A stretch of 58,186 nt of DNA, counting the filler, from Barthelona sp. PAP020 (Eukaryota): the NCBI GenBank assembly GCA_040182905.1. It is 5 parts of 5 records of this genome, joined end to end, with 100 filler letters (N's around TTAATTAATTAA, not from the genome) between each part and the next. Parts side by side here need not be neighbours in the genome. Positions count along the whole stretch, not along the records: positions 1 to 11,585 come from JARQWU010000369.1; positions 11,686 to 23,249 come from JARQWU010000370.1; 3 more parts are not named here. The stretch is one strand, 5' to 3'. How positions within the stretch are numbered: position 1 is the stretch's first letter; each line of letters opens with the position of its first letter. This document shows, piece by piece, positions 11,584-21,870 of this stretch. The notes beneath the pieces are model-generated. The model had not been told where the DNA came from. It did no database searches and saw only the letters and a program-made list of their open reading frames with translations. The translations under genes and the position numbers were made by a program.

Positions 11584-11585
11584 TT

Positions 11586-11685
11586 NNNNNNNNNNNNNNN
11601 NNNNNNNNNNNNNNNNNNNNNNNNNNNNNTTAATTAATTAANNNNNNNNNNNNNNNNNNNNNNNNNNNNNNNNNNNNNNNNNNNN
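11586..11685. other. Artificial contig linker (N44-TTAATTAATTAA-N44)
   Basis: 100-nt spacer whose 12-mer places stops in all six frames. Confidence 0.97.
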
Positions 11686-11686
11686 T

Positions 11687-11800
11687 CAAGATTTGATAAG
11701 AATACTTCGTGATATTTTAGATGACCCTAAGAGGGATATTAGGAAAATAGCAGCAAATTTAAGAAATAAATTGTTCATTTTAGCAGCAAAAGAGAATTAA
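11687..11800 (+). CDS. MMS19: C-terminal fragment of MMS19 (CIA targeting complex HEAT protein), 5'-truncated
   Basis: QDLIRILRDILDDPKRDIRKIAANLRNKLFILAAKEN* matches the MMS19 terminal LDDxKRxVRKxA motif; missed by the ORF track. Confidence 0.65.
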   Translation, partial: QDLIRILRDILDDPKRDIRKIAANLRNKLFILAAKEN

Positions 11801-12141
11801 ACACTAATTTTTAACAAAATAAATATTTCAATTTTATTTTTCTTTCCAAACCAAGAGATTGATTATTGAACAATTGAAAGACCTACAGTTTATTGTCATG
11901 AAAAAGAAAAAGAGATAATGAAAATTTATGTGTTTCAAACAAAGAAATGAGAGCAACTTTTTTTTTTTGCTAACATAAGTCTTCTAATTCATAGAAGAAG
12001 CAATCTCAACATTTCTTTCCTTTTTTGTTTCTTTTCTCTTATACAAAGGAACATACTTCTCTTCCTTAAGAAAACTTCATCAAATCATTCTAAATCAGCT
12101 TTTGAAGATAAATAAACTCTAAAATCCCTAGAATAAAAAAA

Positions 12142-13170
12142 TTAAGTGCAAATTTCATTGTTTACTGAATCAACGTGTTGATATTGATCGAAAGAATCCC
12201 CAACAAGTGCAAGCGGATAAACTTTGATAGTGTAACCATTGCAACATCCACAAACTAATTTTCTTTCATTAACTGACCTATTGAGAGCAAATGAAAAGAA
12301 TATTCTATCACATTCACAAAAAATTCTTTGAAGTTGTTGAAAGGTTTCAATGTTAAATGAAGTAATGTAACCATTACCAGACATAATAATCAATACAGTG
12401 GTAGATAAAAATTGAACAGCAAAAACCTTGGCGTCCATGTCAAATGTATGAATAAGCGATCCGTCATCCATGTCTCTGAGAAAAACTTTGCCATTTTCAT
12501 CACCAATAACAATAATATTTTTGATTGGATGAAAGTCAACAGCTCTGACACGGCATTCATGATTAAATATGTGAATGACAGATAAATCATCAACATTAAT
12601 TAATTTAGCAGTCTTATCAAAACTTGCTGTCAAAATATATTTGTAATCTGGTGAAAATTTAAATCTCCAAATCCCATTTGAATGTAGTTTTGTTTGTTTA
12701 ACAATAGTTTTGCTTGAAATATCCCACTTCTTGAGAATACCCTCATTATCATAAGCAGAATATATATAATTGGAACATTCTGAAAACCTAACAGTAGTGA
12801 AAGGACAATAATCGCTCAATCTCGTCAAAATTGAAAAATCTGAAACATTATAAATGACAATAGTTTGGTCATATGAACATGTGGCTAACATTTGTCCATT
12901 TGGTGAAAACGTAACACATAGAACAGAATAACCATGGTCTTTTAAAGTACATACAAGCTCACCAGTTTCAACTTCAAATATAAACAACATATTATTTTGA
13001 CTTCCAATCGCTAAATATTTATCATCAGGAGAAAATTCACAATCATACATGCGACTATAACATTTCCCAAAGAGTATGTTCATTTTATCTTCTTCAATTT
13101 TCCAATCGAGACTGTAAATGTTGTTTTTTTTCCTTAATTCTTCGCTTTCAATGCAAAATGTATCGGTCAT
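12142..13170 (-). CDS. WD40 protein, paralog of 3840-5057 lacking the C-terminal CWDL/NGGN domain
   Basis: Shares LKKWD, VDFHP, IMSGNGYITSF, LVCG.C...IKVY with the family; stops about 25 aa after the propeller. Confidence 0.85.
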   Translation of the reverse strand: MTDTFCIESEELRKKNNIYSLDWKIEEDKMNILFGKCYSRMYDCEFSPDDKYLAIGSQNNMLFIFEVETGELVCTLKDHGYSVLCVTFSPNGQMLATCSYDQTIVIYNVSDFSILTRLSDYCPFTTVRFSECSNYIYSAYDNEGILKKWDISSKTIVKQTKLHSNGIWRFKFSPDYKYILTASFDKTAKLINVDDLSVIHIFNHECRVRAVDFHPIKNIIVIGDENGKVFLRDMDDGSLIHTFDMDAKVFAVQFLSTTVLIIMSGNGYITSFNIETFQQLQRIFCECDRIFFSFALNRSVNERKLVCGCCNGYTIKVYPLALVGDSFDQYQHVDSVNNEICT

Positions 13171-13270
13171 TGTTGGAATAATAAAAGAAATTCAATCATA
13201 AGTTTTTCTTCTTTCTCTCTCTTGCTATTTGAAACCAATCAAATCAAATTAAAATAAAAATAAATTTCAA

Positions 13271-15181
13271 TTATTCCACTTTATTCTTGTTATCGTTATT
13301 GTTACCAATATTGTCATTTTCAACATCCTGTATACTTTCGCTAATTATCACTTCATCTTCATCATCTTGAATGACAATTTCCTTGTCGAAACTTTGACCA
13401 TACTCATTAACACGACGCATATCAGTTTTATATTTTAACTTTTGATATATGAGAATTAAGAAGACAACATCATCTCTGAAACAAGCAATACGATGAAGGG
13501 TTGGCATTTTAACTGTAAAAGCAAAAAGATCATCAATTACTGTGTTTAAAGATTTGTAAACCATGGTTTTCCAAGGTAAATGTGCAGTCGATTTTAACTT
13601 ATGATTGATAAACAATTGAGGACACATGGTAATGAAGCCGAAAGCATATACTGCATTAACTGCAGTGGTTAAACACCATGAATACCAACTCTTTTGAGGT
13701 TTTTTAACAAGACAATAAATAGCATACCCAATAACCAATGGATAAAGAACAAAACCCAAATACTTATGAGCTTCCTTGTCGTATTTTTGAGTGAGTTCAT
13801 CCAATTCTCTCATTTCTTCTGTTTCTTCCTTTGTTGAACCTCTAATATATTGTTTACGAGAAACATGCACAAAAGGAGCATTGCCATCAAAGGAAAACTT
13901 GAAAACCTTTGTCAATTTCCAAGATTCAATTATCAATCCGATGCTAGATGAGATAATGACCATTTTAGAAGTTTCACTTTCAAACAAATAAAGAACAATG
14001 ATTCCTTCCATGACAATATTCAGAATTATGGCTCGAGTGGAGATACCAGCTGTGGAATCACGTTGTTTCCAAAATTTAATGTCACTTCTAAATGCTAAAA
14101 AGTCAAATATGCTGTGTAACACACTAACGAACATAGTCACGACTAATAATATAGGATTTGATTCAAGAAACATTCTCTTTATTTCTGTGAAGCCATCTTC
14201 CATGTCCTCCTCGCTAACACCCATCAAAGCATTCATATTCAATCCCATTTGTCCCATCATCTGTTCTTGTGCTTTCTTTTGAGAATCAAACATTGTGCGA
14301 ATCCATGTAAACCAGCTGTTAGACAACTTAAAACTGATTGGAATTTCAATAACGTGATTGGTGTCATTAACCTCAATATAGTGTTCAGGTAAAATGATAA
14401 AGTCGTTAACAGAAAATTTGGGCAAATAATCGCCACTATGAGTCATTTGATGACCTAGTTGAATGGTCGATGGTAATTTCTTTGCCTTGTAATACTTGAA
14501 TTGATTCTCTAATACAATGGGTATCTGTGGTAAAACAGTCATAGATTTGATCGTTTGTCCTCCTTTTTTTACACTAACAACCTTTGATTCATCGGTTAAC
14601 AGATTAGTGACATTGTCAAAATGCTTGGTTTTCATCCTTGTGAAGGGAAAGGAAACATTAAAGACATTATAATTGCTGGGAACATTTCTACGAACATAAC
14701 CTTGACCCTTACTTCTTCTCAACTTAGTTCTGCCATCATTTTGTTTGGTCACAGATATTTGCAAATAATGAGTGACATTATTTTGGTATAAATCAATAGG
14801 TAGATCAATAGTTAATGTGTCATTAATATTATGCTTATCTCCTGCAATCAAATTGGTAAAAGTCTTCAAATGTAACATGTTGTTGGACTGCAATTTTTTT
14901 GGATTGGACTCTTTCGACAAATAAATGTTCATATCAATAATATCATTTTTTCTTAAAATTGGTCGATGTTGAGGCATCATTGAACCATCTTTATCAAATA
15001 TAGGAGTTTCACTTCCACGTTTTGTTAAATATTGATATCCAAATACACCAAAAATTAATAAAAAAGTTATGAGAAACCTGTTTGTTTTTGACATTTTTGG
15101 TTCTTCAGGTTGGTTGGGATCGGAATTGTTTTTTTTCATAAACTTTCTAATAAGATTAATTATCATTAATATTTGAAACAT
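13271..15181 (-). CDS. CLPTM1: CLPTM1-family multi-pass membrane protein (lipid scramblase-like)
   Basis: ESNPILL..T..VS.LH.IFDFLAF, PQLFINHKLKS, LNTVIDDLFAF, HRIACFRDDVVF, RVNEYG motifs; start could also be the ATG at 15139. Confidence 0.92.
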   Translation of the reverse strand: MFQILMIINLIRKFMKKNNSDPNQPEEPKMSKTNRFLITFLLIFGVFGYQYLTKRGSETPIFDKDGSMMPQHRPILRKNDIIDMNIYLSKESNPKKLQSNNMLHLKTFTNLIAGDKHNINDTLTIDLPIDLYQNNVTHYLQISVTKQNDGRTKLRRSKGQGYVRRNVPSNYNVFNVSFPFTRMKTKHFDNVTNLLTDESKVVSVKKGGQTIKSMTVLPQIPIVLENQFKYYKAKKLPSTIQLGHQMTHSGDYLPKFSVNDFIILPEHYIEVNDTNHVIEIPISFKLSNSWFTWIRTMFDSQKKAQEQMMGQMGLNMNALMGVSEEDMEDGFTEIKRMFLESNPILLVVTMFVSVLHSIFDFLAFRSDIKFWKQRDSTAGISTRAIILNIVMEGIIVLYLFESETSKMVIISSSIGLIIESWKLTKVFKFSFDGNAPFVHVSRKQYIRGSTKEETEEMRELDELTQKYDKEAHKYLGFVLYPLVIGYAIYCLVKKPQKSWYSWCLTTAVNAVYAFGFITMCPQLFINHKLKSTAHLPWKTMVYKSLNTVIDDLFAFTVKMPTLHRIACFRDDVVFLILIYQKLKYKTDMRRVNEYGQSFDKEIVIQDDEDEVIISESIQDVENDNIGNNNDNKNKVE

Positions 15182-15811
15182 TTTCTCTTAAAATTATCAA
15201 TAAATAATCAAAAAAAACAAAGAAAAAGAACAAAAAAAATTGAGATATAACTCAACTTAAAACACAATTTGCGATATTTCAACTTTTCATTCTTTGGATT
15301 CAGACAGTTGATCATTTCAAAAATATTTTATCAAATCAGCATCTCCTCTACTCAAGAATAAAAACATTACTTCTTTGATTATTTGTTAAGAGATTAGATT
15401 ATTCTCAAAATTAAAGGATTTTAACTTTTACTTTGATAAATGATGGCATAATAATATTCTTGTTCACAATGAAATAAAAACAAAATGAAGCAGAGTTTAC
15501 AATTGATAAAAAAACAATAAACAGTCAGAAGAAACATAAAATTGAATTAATAGAAAAAAAGAAATCTCAAACAGTAATAATTTGAACTTCAACGCAAAAA
15601 AGATGCAACAATCAGTTGAAATGAAGCAGAAGAACTAGTCTTTTGCAGAATTTATTCAGCTGCCAGACACAATCTCACAATCAACGGTAGAAAATGGAGA
15701 GAAAACATGAACCAAACTAATCAATAAAGTATACAAATATGCTTCTTTAATTGTTTTCTTCGAAAACCATTGCTTAACATGGTAATGTCAGTCAAAAGCA
15801 ATTTAACTTCG

Positions 15812-17188
15812 CTAGTCATCATCATCTTCTTCACTACCAATACTATTTTGTTCAACTAAATAGTCACACATATTACCACCATTAGTTTTGTTGATATCAA
15901 TCAAATCCCAACACATATCAATCACTGAATTGTATTCTTGTTGATTCATCCAAATTCCTTCAGCAACCAAATGCCTGATCGAACGAGAATCAATGCCAAA
16001 AGAAATAAGAGAAAATAACACATAACCACAGTCCTTTGATAGCTCAATCAATCTAGCTTGATGTGAAATGTCAAATTGAGGTACCATTGAAAATATGCGA
16101 ATAAGACTGTTCTCACATCTTCCACATGCTAAATATCTCATATTAGGTGTCACAGCAAAAGAAAAATACTCATTCTCACATCCACAATAAATTTTTTGAA
16201 TCTCCTGAAAACTATCAATATTGTATGACGTAATATAGCCATCACCAGACATAATAAGTAAAATAGTGGGTGTTAAAAAAAGAAGAGACCATATCGCACC
16301 ACCCATATGAAAGGTATGAATAAGTGATCTACTATGCACGTTCCAGAGTATTACTTTCCTCAAGGTGTCACCAACAGCAACTATTTCTTTTGTTGGATGA
16401 AAATCAATAGCTCTAACGAATCCTTCAGTGTTACACGTATGAATAACAGAAAAATCATCAGTATTAACAATTTTAGCACCATCATAAGCACCAGTTAAAA
16501 GATGTTTACCATTTGATGAGAGTTTAATCCTCCAAATGTAATCACAATGAACTTTTTTTTTTAAAACCTCAGCACCAAGTCCAATGTTCCATTTTTTAAG
16601 CATTCCCATGGTAGAAGAAGAATATAGATATTGGGAACAATGTGAAAAACAAACACCAAAAACAATATTATTGTTTCGCAATCTGTTCAAAATAGAAAAA
16701 TCACACAGCCTGTAAATAATGATATAGAAGTCGTGGGAAGCTGTTGCAAATTTCTGTCCATCTGGCGAAAAAGAGATGCAATTAACAAAACTTGTGTGAT
16801 CATGCAGAGTATGATTAAGTCTACCAGTCTCTACATCAATAATTTGAACAACGCCTTCACCACAACTGGTCATCAAAAACCTATTATCCAGCGAAAATGC
16901 ACAATGTTTCATATGTCCACAAAGCACATCTTCAATTTGCTTTGGACTACTTTCATCAATTTCAAAAGGAATCATTCGAAGAATTGTAGCTTTGGATACT
17001 TCTTCGGATTTCTGTTTCTGTTTCACATGAAGATTCTTTTTGACTTTACTCTGTTGCAATTCAAAAGGGACAGCAAGTTTATTATTCTTTACTGTGAGTT
17101 TTCTGCTTATGACATGAAATGATAAGGGTTTTTCAGTGATTTGTTGCTTTATAAAATTCCTTCGATTTGGTTTCGTATAAAGTTTCAT
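15812..17188 (-). CDS. WD40 protein with C-terminal CWDL/NGGN domain and acidic tail (family member 2)
   Basis: WD repeats, IMSGDGYITSY, CWDLIDINKTNGGN, EEDDDD tail; first ATG at 17188. Confidence 0.85.
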   Translation of the reverse strand: MKLYTKPNRRNFIKQQITEKPLSFHVISRKLTVKNNKLAVPFELQQSKVKKNLHVKQKQKSEEVSKATILRMIPFEIDESSPKQIEDVLCGHMKHCAFSLDNRFLMTSCGEGVVQIIDVETGRLNHTLHDHTSFVNCISFSPDGQKFATASHDFYIIIYRLCDFSILNRLRNNNIVFGVCFSHCSQYLYSSSTMGMLKKWNIGLGAEVLKKKVHCDYIWRIKLSSNGKHLLTGAYDGAKIVNTDDFSVIHTCNTEGFVRAIDFHPTKEIVAVGDTLRKVILWNVHSRSLIHTFHMGGAIWSLLFLTPTILLIMSGDGYITSYNIDSFQEIQKIYCGCENEYFSFAVTPNMRYLACGRCENSLIRIFSMVPQFDISHQARLIELSKDCGYVLFSLISFGIDSRSIRHLVAEGIWMNQQEYNSVIDMCWDLIDINKTNGGNMCDYLVEQNSIGSEEDDDD

Positions 17189-17828
17189 TTCTTCGTCTTC
17201 ATAAAACAAAAAAAAAAGAAAAATCACCAAACAAAAAAGATTTGCAAAAAAACTTTTTCAAATCATCAATGCCATTTTGTGCATCCACTCTTCACTTCTA
17301 TAAATATTTATACAAGTTTTTATTTTTGATGGTGCAAATTACTTTTAATTCAATTGAAACTGGAGAATTCTCTGAATTTATTTAGTTCTGGATTGCAGTT
17401 GAACTCAATTTTGTATGATAACGAAGTTTTTAACATTAGGTTATACCTCTTCTTCTTTGCTGTTGTATCTATCATTCTTTTGATTATTCTTCTATTTTAT
17501 TTTGCTATAACCACACGCAACAAATCATGCATGATGTGTATAATTGTTCATTAAAATAGTATTGATGTTGTTAATGGAACAAAAGAAATAAATTTTTTTC
17601 AGAGGGAATGCAATGCAAAAAAAAAAAAAAGGATGAACAATAACCTGTTTATGAAATGACTAAAACTGAATAAAAAAGGTCAAATCATCTGGTAATAGAC
17701 GTGAAAAGTCCTTAACAAAATAAAACCTCGTTCTTTCGATTCAATTGTACATGGTGCGTTCTGATGTGTGACGGTATTCTTCCCAGAAACAACTCTCTCA
17801 ATAACCAAAAAGTCTTCGAGGGCTTGTT

Positions 17829-19832
17829 TTAGAATATCATTTTCCTCTGGAATCTGCGTGGAGGGGAGGTTATTTTGTCATCCAAAGATGTTACATCAAG
17901 ATCCTTAGACTCATTAACCAAGATCGTTCTATTAATGCTATTTTGAGTTTTTTGGTTTTCATTTTGATAATCAGTTTTACCGTTTTGCTTCCCTGCTTTT
18001 TTGGATGTGTTCATAGCAGGAGGTTTCTTTGTTGGATTTAAAATTTCCGCGGTAGAAGGTAAATGCAAAAAACTTTCACTCTCTTCTGTCTTTACACTAT
18101 TAACTTCCAAATTAAACTTATCAAAAGAATCGTCTGTTCTATTCCGATCATTATTGAATTTTTCACTTTCCACATCAATAACATTGTTATTAGCTGTTAT
18201 TTTGTCATCAACCTCTTCTTCATCTTCAATTTCAACCTGATTAAATGCAGCATCTTCTTTCGCAACGAAATCTTCCATTGAAGCATGTAATTGTTCTTTT
18301 GTAATGTTTAAATCCCTCAATTGCTTACCTAACAGCTTCTTCATTGTCTTGACCGTGTTTTGTGTCAAATTTGAAAAAGCATCGGTTGCACCCGTGTCAA
18401 ACTGTTCACAAGCTTCCCAAAAAGATCGGTTAGACATGACGAATGATGAACTTTCACTCAACACTTTCCGCAAAATGCTTAAAACACTTTCTTCTTGTGA
18501 TATGTCAGTTTCTCGGACAATTTCTCCTGTCCTTTTATTTACTATTCTTGCAGAATGCTTCTTTCTCTTGTTACTTAATAATAAGAGGGATTCAGGATTT
18601 GCTATCATCCCATTAAATTGGGATCCAAATGCACGAACTTTTGGGGCACTAATCAAATGTCCTACAATCCTCAAACGAACAAGAGGAAGCCACAACTGCA
18701 AATTTTTGCACGATTCAAAATCATCCAATGTATGCTCCACACAAATAGGTTCGTTCCACAGTTTCGCTCTTTTATGTGCCTGTTCTATATGATTTCGCCA
18801 ACTGGAAATGTTCTCTCCCAATGCATCGATAACAATTTGCTTCAATGACTCAGAAATAGATTTTTCCGATTGATTCGTTTGGATAATATCTTCAGCTATG
18901 ATTTCAATAAACAACAATGGTCTTGTATGAAGCAAAGGTACTTTTTCAAACATTGTTTCGAATTGATTTGGTTGGTTGATCAATTTATGCACATAAAGTA
19001 TCCCACAATGCTTATTTTGTGATTGCAACTCCTTTAGGGTTGTAACAGTAGTGCTCCCAGGTTGACAAATTTGAACATTACCAAAATACGTCCTAGGTTC
19101 GATTTCAACATCATGTTCATGTCCCCATAGTACAAAATCAACAAAAGGAAAATAAGCTTGAAGAAATTCCAACGAAAAATAATTCTTCGAAGTTCGAGGA
19201 ATACGATTTTGATGTATTAATAAAATAGAATACACATTTTCAGGATCTGAAGGCTGTACAATGTTTATTTTACGTTCTCGCAATAAACGAAATAAACGTT
19301 CTTCCCTAATATATGATAAACCATAAATAGCGATTCTCGTATAGCCTTTGGTTAATATAATTGGTCTAAGGGTTATTATTGAGCTATTGGCAGGTTGTCT
19401 ACCAATGTAGTTAATTACTTTTGAAGCAGCTAATACATGCAAGGGTGATTTTCTCTGAATTTCAGCTGGATCATCATGATTCCCATGAATAGCAAAGAAA
19501 GGAATGGAAACAATAGGATTATTAGAAATAAAATTTATTGGTTGATTCGATGATGTTTCCAAATCAAATTGTGGTTTAGAATCACCAAAACAATATTTTA
19601 TCAATAAATCATTGGCTTTTTCCTGAGTATTATTGGAAGGAGACGAAGTATGAAATAAATCTCCAGAATTCAATATCAAATCAACATTTTCATGTTTGGC
19701 TACACGTAAACATTCTTCGAAACCCAAAAATGAATCATCTTTTCTAATAACATCATTTTCTAAATGACCCAAATGTGTATCACTGCAGACTAATATTTTA
19801 AATATATTTTTGGGATCTCTTTCTATTGACAT
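17829..19832 (-). CDS. MRE11: Double-strand break repair nuclease MRE11
   Basis: Phosphoesterase motifs DTHLG, GDLFH, IHGNHDDP, HQNR, WGHEH, QPGS; LPLVRLR capping-domain motif. Confidence 0.96.
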   Translation of the reverse strand: MSIERDPKNIFKILVCSDTHLGHLENDVIRKDDSFLGFEECLRVAKHENVDLILNSGDLFHTSSPSNNTQEKANDLLIKYCFGDSKPQFDLETSSNQPINFISNNPIVSIPFFAIHGNHDDPAEIQRKSPLHVLAASKVINYIGRQPANSSIITLRPIILTKGYTRIAIYGLSYIREERLFRLLRERKINIVQPSDPENVYSILLIHQNRIPRTSKNYFSLEFLQAYFPFVDFVLWGHEHDVEIEPRTYFGNVQICQPGSTTVTTLKELQSQNKHCGILYVHKLINQPNQFETMFEKVPLLHTRPLLFIEIIAEDIIQTNQSEKSISESLKQIVIDALGENISSWRNHIEQAHKRAKLWNEPICVEHTLDDFESCKNLQLWLPLVRLRIVGHLISAPKVRAFGSQFNGMIANPESLLLLSNKRKKHSARIVNKRTGEIVRETDISQEESVLSILRKVLSESSSFVMSNRSFWEACEQFDTGATDAFSNLTQNTVKTMKKLLGKQLRDLNITKEQLHASMEDFVAKEDAAFNQVEIEDEEEVDDKITANNNVIDVESEKFNNDRNRTDDSFDKFNLEVNSVKTEESESFLHLPSTAEILNPTKKPPAMNTSKKAGKQNGKTDYQNENQKTQNSINRTILVNESKDLDVTSLDDKITSPPRRFQRKMIF

Positions 19833-19883
19833 TACTAAATATTATAATTATCAATTAATTATTCATAAATCAATATTTGTAAT

Positions 19884-19890
19884 TGCAGGT
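19884..19890 (-). promoter_or_regulatory. Candidate upstream motif ACCTGCA, 51 nt upstream of the MRE11 ATG
   Basis: TGCAGGT on the + strand in the MRE11/M1AP divergent intergenic region. Confidence 0.45.
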
Positions 19891-20016
19891 AAAAAATTGT
19901 TGAGAAATTTTATTATTTTTTTAACAACTCAATGAATAGTCTTAACATATTTAATTGAAAAAAGAGAATAATATATGAAAAGTTTACGAAAAAAACTGAT
20001 CAATAATGAAAAAAAA

Positions 20017-20024
20017 ACCCTGCA
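20017..20024 (+). promoter_or_regulatory. Candidate upstream motif ACCCTGCA, 43 nt upstream of the M1AP-like ATG
   Basis: Same word and preceding A-tract as upstream of MCM8. Confidence 0.5.
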
Positions 20025-20067
20025 TTTTAATATTGTCAATAATTATTAAAGAAAATTAGAAAAAAAG

Positions 20068-21504
20068 ATGAATATCTTAATATTTATTCATCCTTTTGTT
20101 AATTCAAATGAAAATGAAACAGTTAAAATGAAAATTTTAACGCAATTTCAAAATTATTTGAATAGAATAATATTTACTTATTATCAAAATGAAAGTGACA
20201 GTAAGAATAATCTTGAACAACAATTTGTTTTCATTTCATATGATAATTTTACCAAATTAAAAGTATCAAAAGATTTATCCAAAGAACAGAACATTTCAAT
20301 TATATTAGATTATGTTCAAAATTTAACGATTACTTCCCAATCTTTTAATTTAAAGATTGATGAATATCTTAATGAATTTGAAAATGTTCAACAATTAATA
20401 TTATTGACTACTGAATCTTTGGATTTTAGTAGTTATTCAGCCAATGTATTTTTATATTGTTATGAAATTGATTTATTGATTAATGATTTGGAAGATACTG
20501 AGAATTCAAACGTTTTTGCTGAGCAAGAATCATATTTACATTATAAGGTGTGCACATTTGAAAAAATGTTTTCTCTTTTTTTTGATACTTTTTTAAAGCA
20601 ATTATATCAATCTGAAATTCTTTTAAACATCAATGATAATTTAAAAATACATTGTTTAACGAGTAGATTTTTGAATTCTCCTATAAATAATTTAGTTTTA
20701 AAGAAATTTTGTAAATGTCATGAGCGTTTGGTAAATTATAAGATGTTTTGTGATGAATCTAATGGTTTATTGATTGAAAATAATGTTAATCAATGTTATT
20801 ATTTTGGTAAAGGTTATTTAATGAGTAAAAATTTTTTAGAAATGAAAGAGAATGAGTGTAAGATTAAAAGGCTAGTTGATTTGACTGATATTGCTGAAAA
20901 GGACTTCAATATCATGAATCTTATCGATTTACCCCGATATTGTGTTCCAAATTATCGATGTAATTACAATGATGACATTGAACAATTAGAGTTTAACTGT
21001 GGATTATTTGGTGCTTTATTTGATGAATTAAAACAAAATCATCAAGGTTTATTGACAAAATCTGCTAGAAATAACATTATTTTCAATGAACTCTGGATTC
21101 CAGATGAAATAGAAAATTGCTTCATTATTTTTCCAATCAGTAATATTGAACACGTGTTACCTTTTCAACCTTATACAAATTGGGATTATAATGTTGAAAC
21201 CAAAGAAAGAATTCAAAATGAGTTGAAGAATTTTAAGGATATTAGTTTTCAAGCAATATCTCATTATCCTTCTGAGTTTGACACAATATTAATAAACAAT
21301 CGCAAAACTAAACATCAAAACAAAGCTGTAGAATTTAATTTATTTGACCAAAAAACTCTCATTAATCAAGCATTTTCAACTAATAAGTTAAAGGATCACA
21401 AATCAAAAGATTCAATAGGAAATACAAAACAAGGAATAATCGGAATAAGAGAGAGAAAAAAGTTGTTTTTTAGCAGTGGAAACAACAATTCGAACCAATT
21501 ATAA
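20068..21504 (+). CDS. Probable M1AP (meiosis 1 associated protein)-like protein
   Basis: LPRYCVP...EQLEFNCGLFGALFDELKQ...LLTK...ISNIEHVLP resembles, from memory, the M1AP core LP..L.P...ELE.N...F.AL...L......LL.K...E..LP; also a CKCH motif. Confidence 0.55.
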   Translation: MNILIFIHPFVNSNENETVKMKILTQFQNYLNRIIFTYYQNESDSKNNLEQQFVFISYDNFTKLKVSKDLSKEQNISIILDYVQNLTITSQSFNLKIDEYLNEFENVQQLILLTTESLDFSSYSANVFLYCYEIDLLINDLEDTENSNVFAEQESYLHYKVCTFEKMFSLFFDTFLKQLYQSEILLNINDNLKIHCLTSRFLNSPINNLVLKKFCKCHERLVNYKMFCDESNGLLIENNVNQCYYFGKGYLMSKNFLEMKENECKIKRLVDLTDIAEKDFNIMNLIDLPRYCVPNYRCNYNDDIEQLEFNCGLFGALFDELKQNHQGLLTKSARNNIIFNELWIPDEIENCFIIFPISNIEHVLPFQPYTNWDYNVETKERIQNELKNFKDISFQAISHYPSEFDTILINNRKTKHQNKAVEFNLFDQKTLINQAFSTNKLKDHKSKDSIGNTKQGIIGIRERKKLFFSSGNNNSNQL

Positions 21505-21870
21505 TTAACGATGATTGTGTGTAAACATTCAAAAACTTGTTTAACATTTAATAAAATTTTCTAAGCAACATTTTCTCAATTTTTTTTTTTTTTGTCAACA
21601 AAATGAATAGAAGGGAAAAATAGTTTCAATAGTATTTAAACCAAACAAATCAATAAAGATACAATATAAATATTTTTTGACTATGTGTAGCTTTGGAGCC
21701 AAGATATCTTCAAATGAATAGTTATTTATTCTTCCTTTGTTGTTGGACTCTTTGAAACTCTAAAATTTATTAAAATGAACAAATTTACCGCTTTTTAATG
21801 GAGAACCATTTTCTATAAAAAAGAAAACAAGGAAAAAAAAAAAGGAAGTTCAAACAGGTTAAATGAATTA

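Noticed and set aside
17354..17554. 66-aa hydrophobic ORF faintly resembling 35365-35598
   Set aside because: No ATG before the hydrophobic stretch; similarity is explainable by T-rich composition
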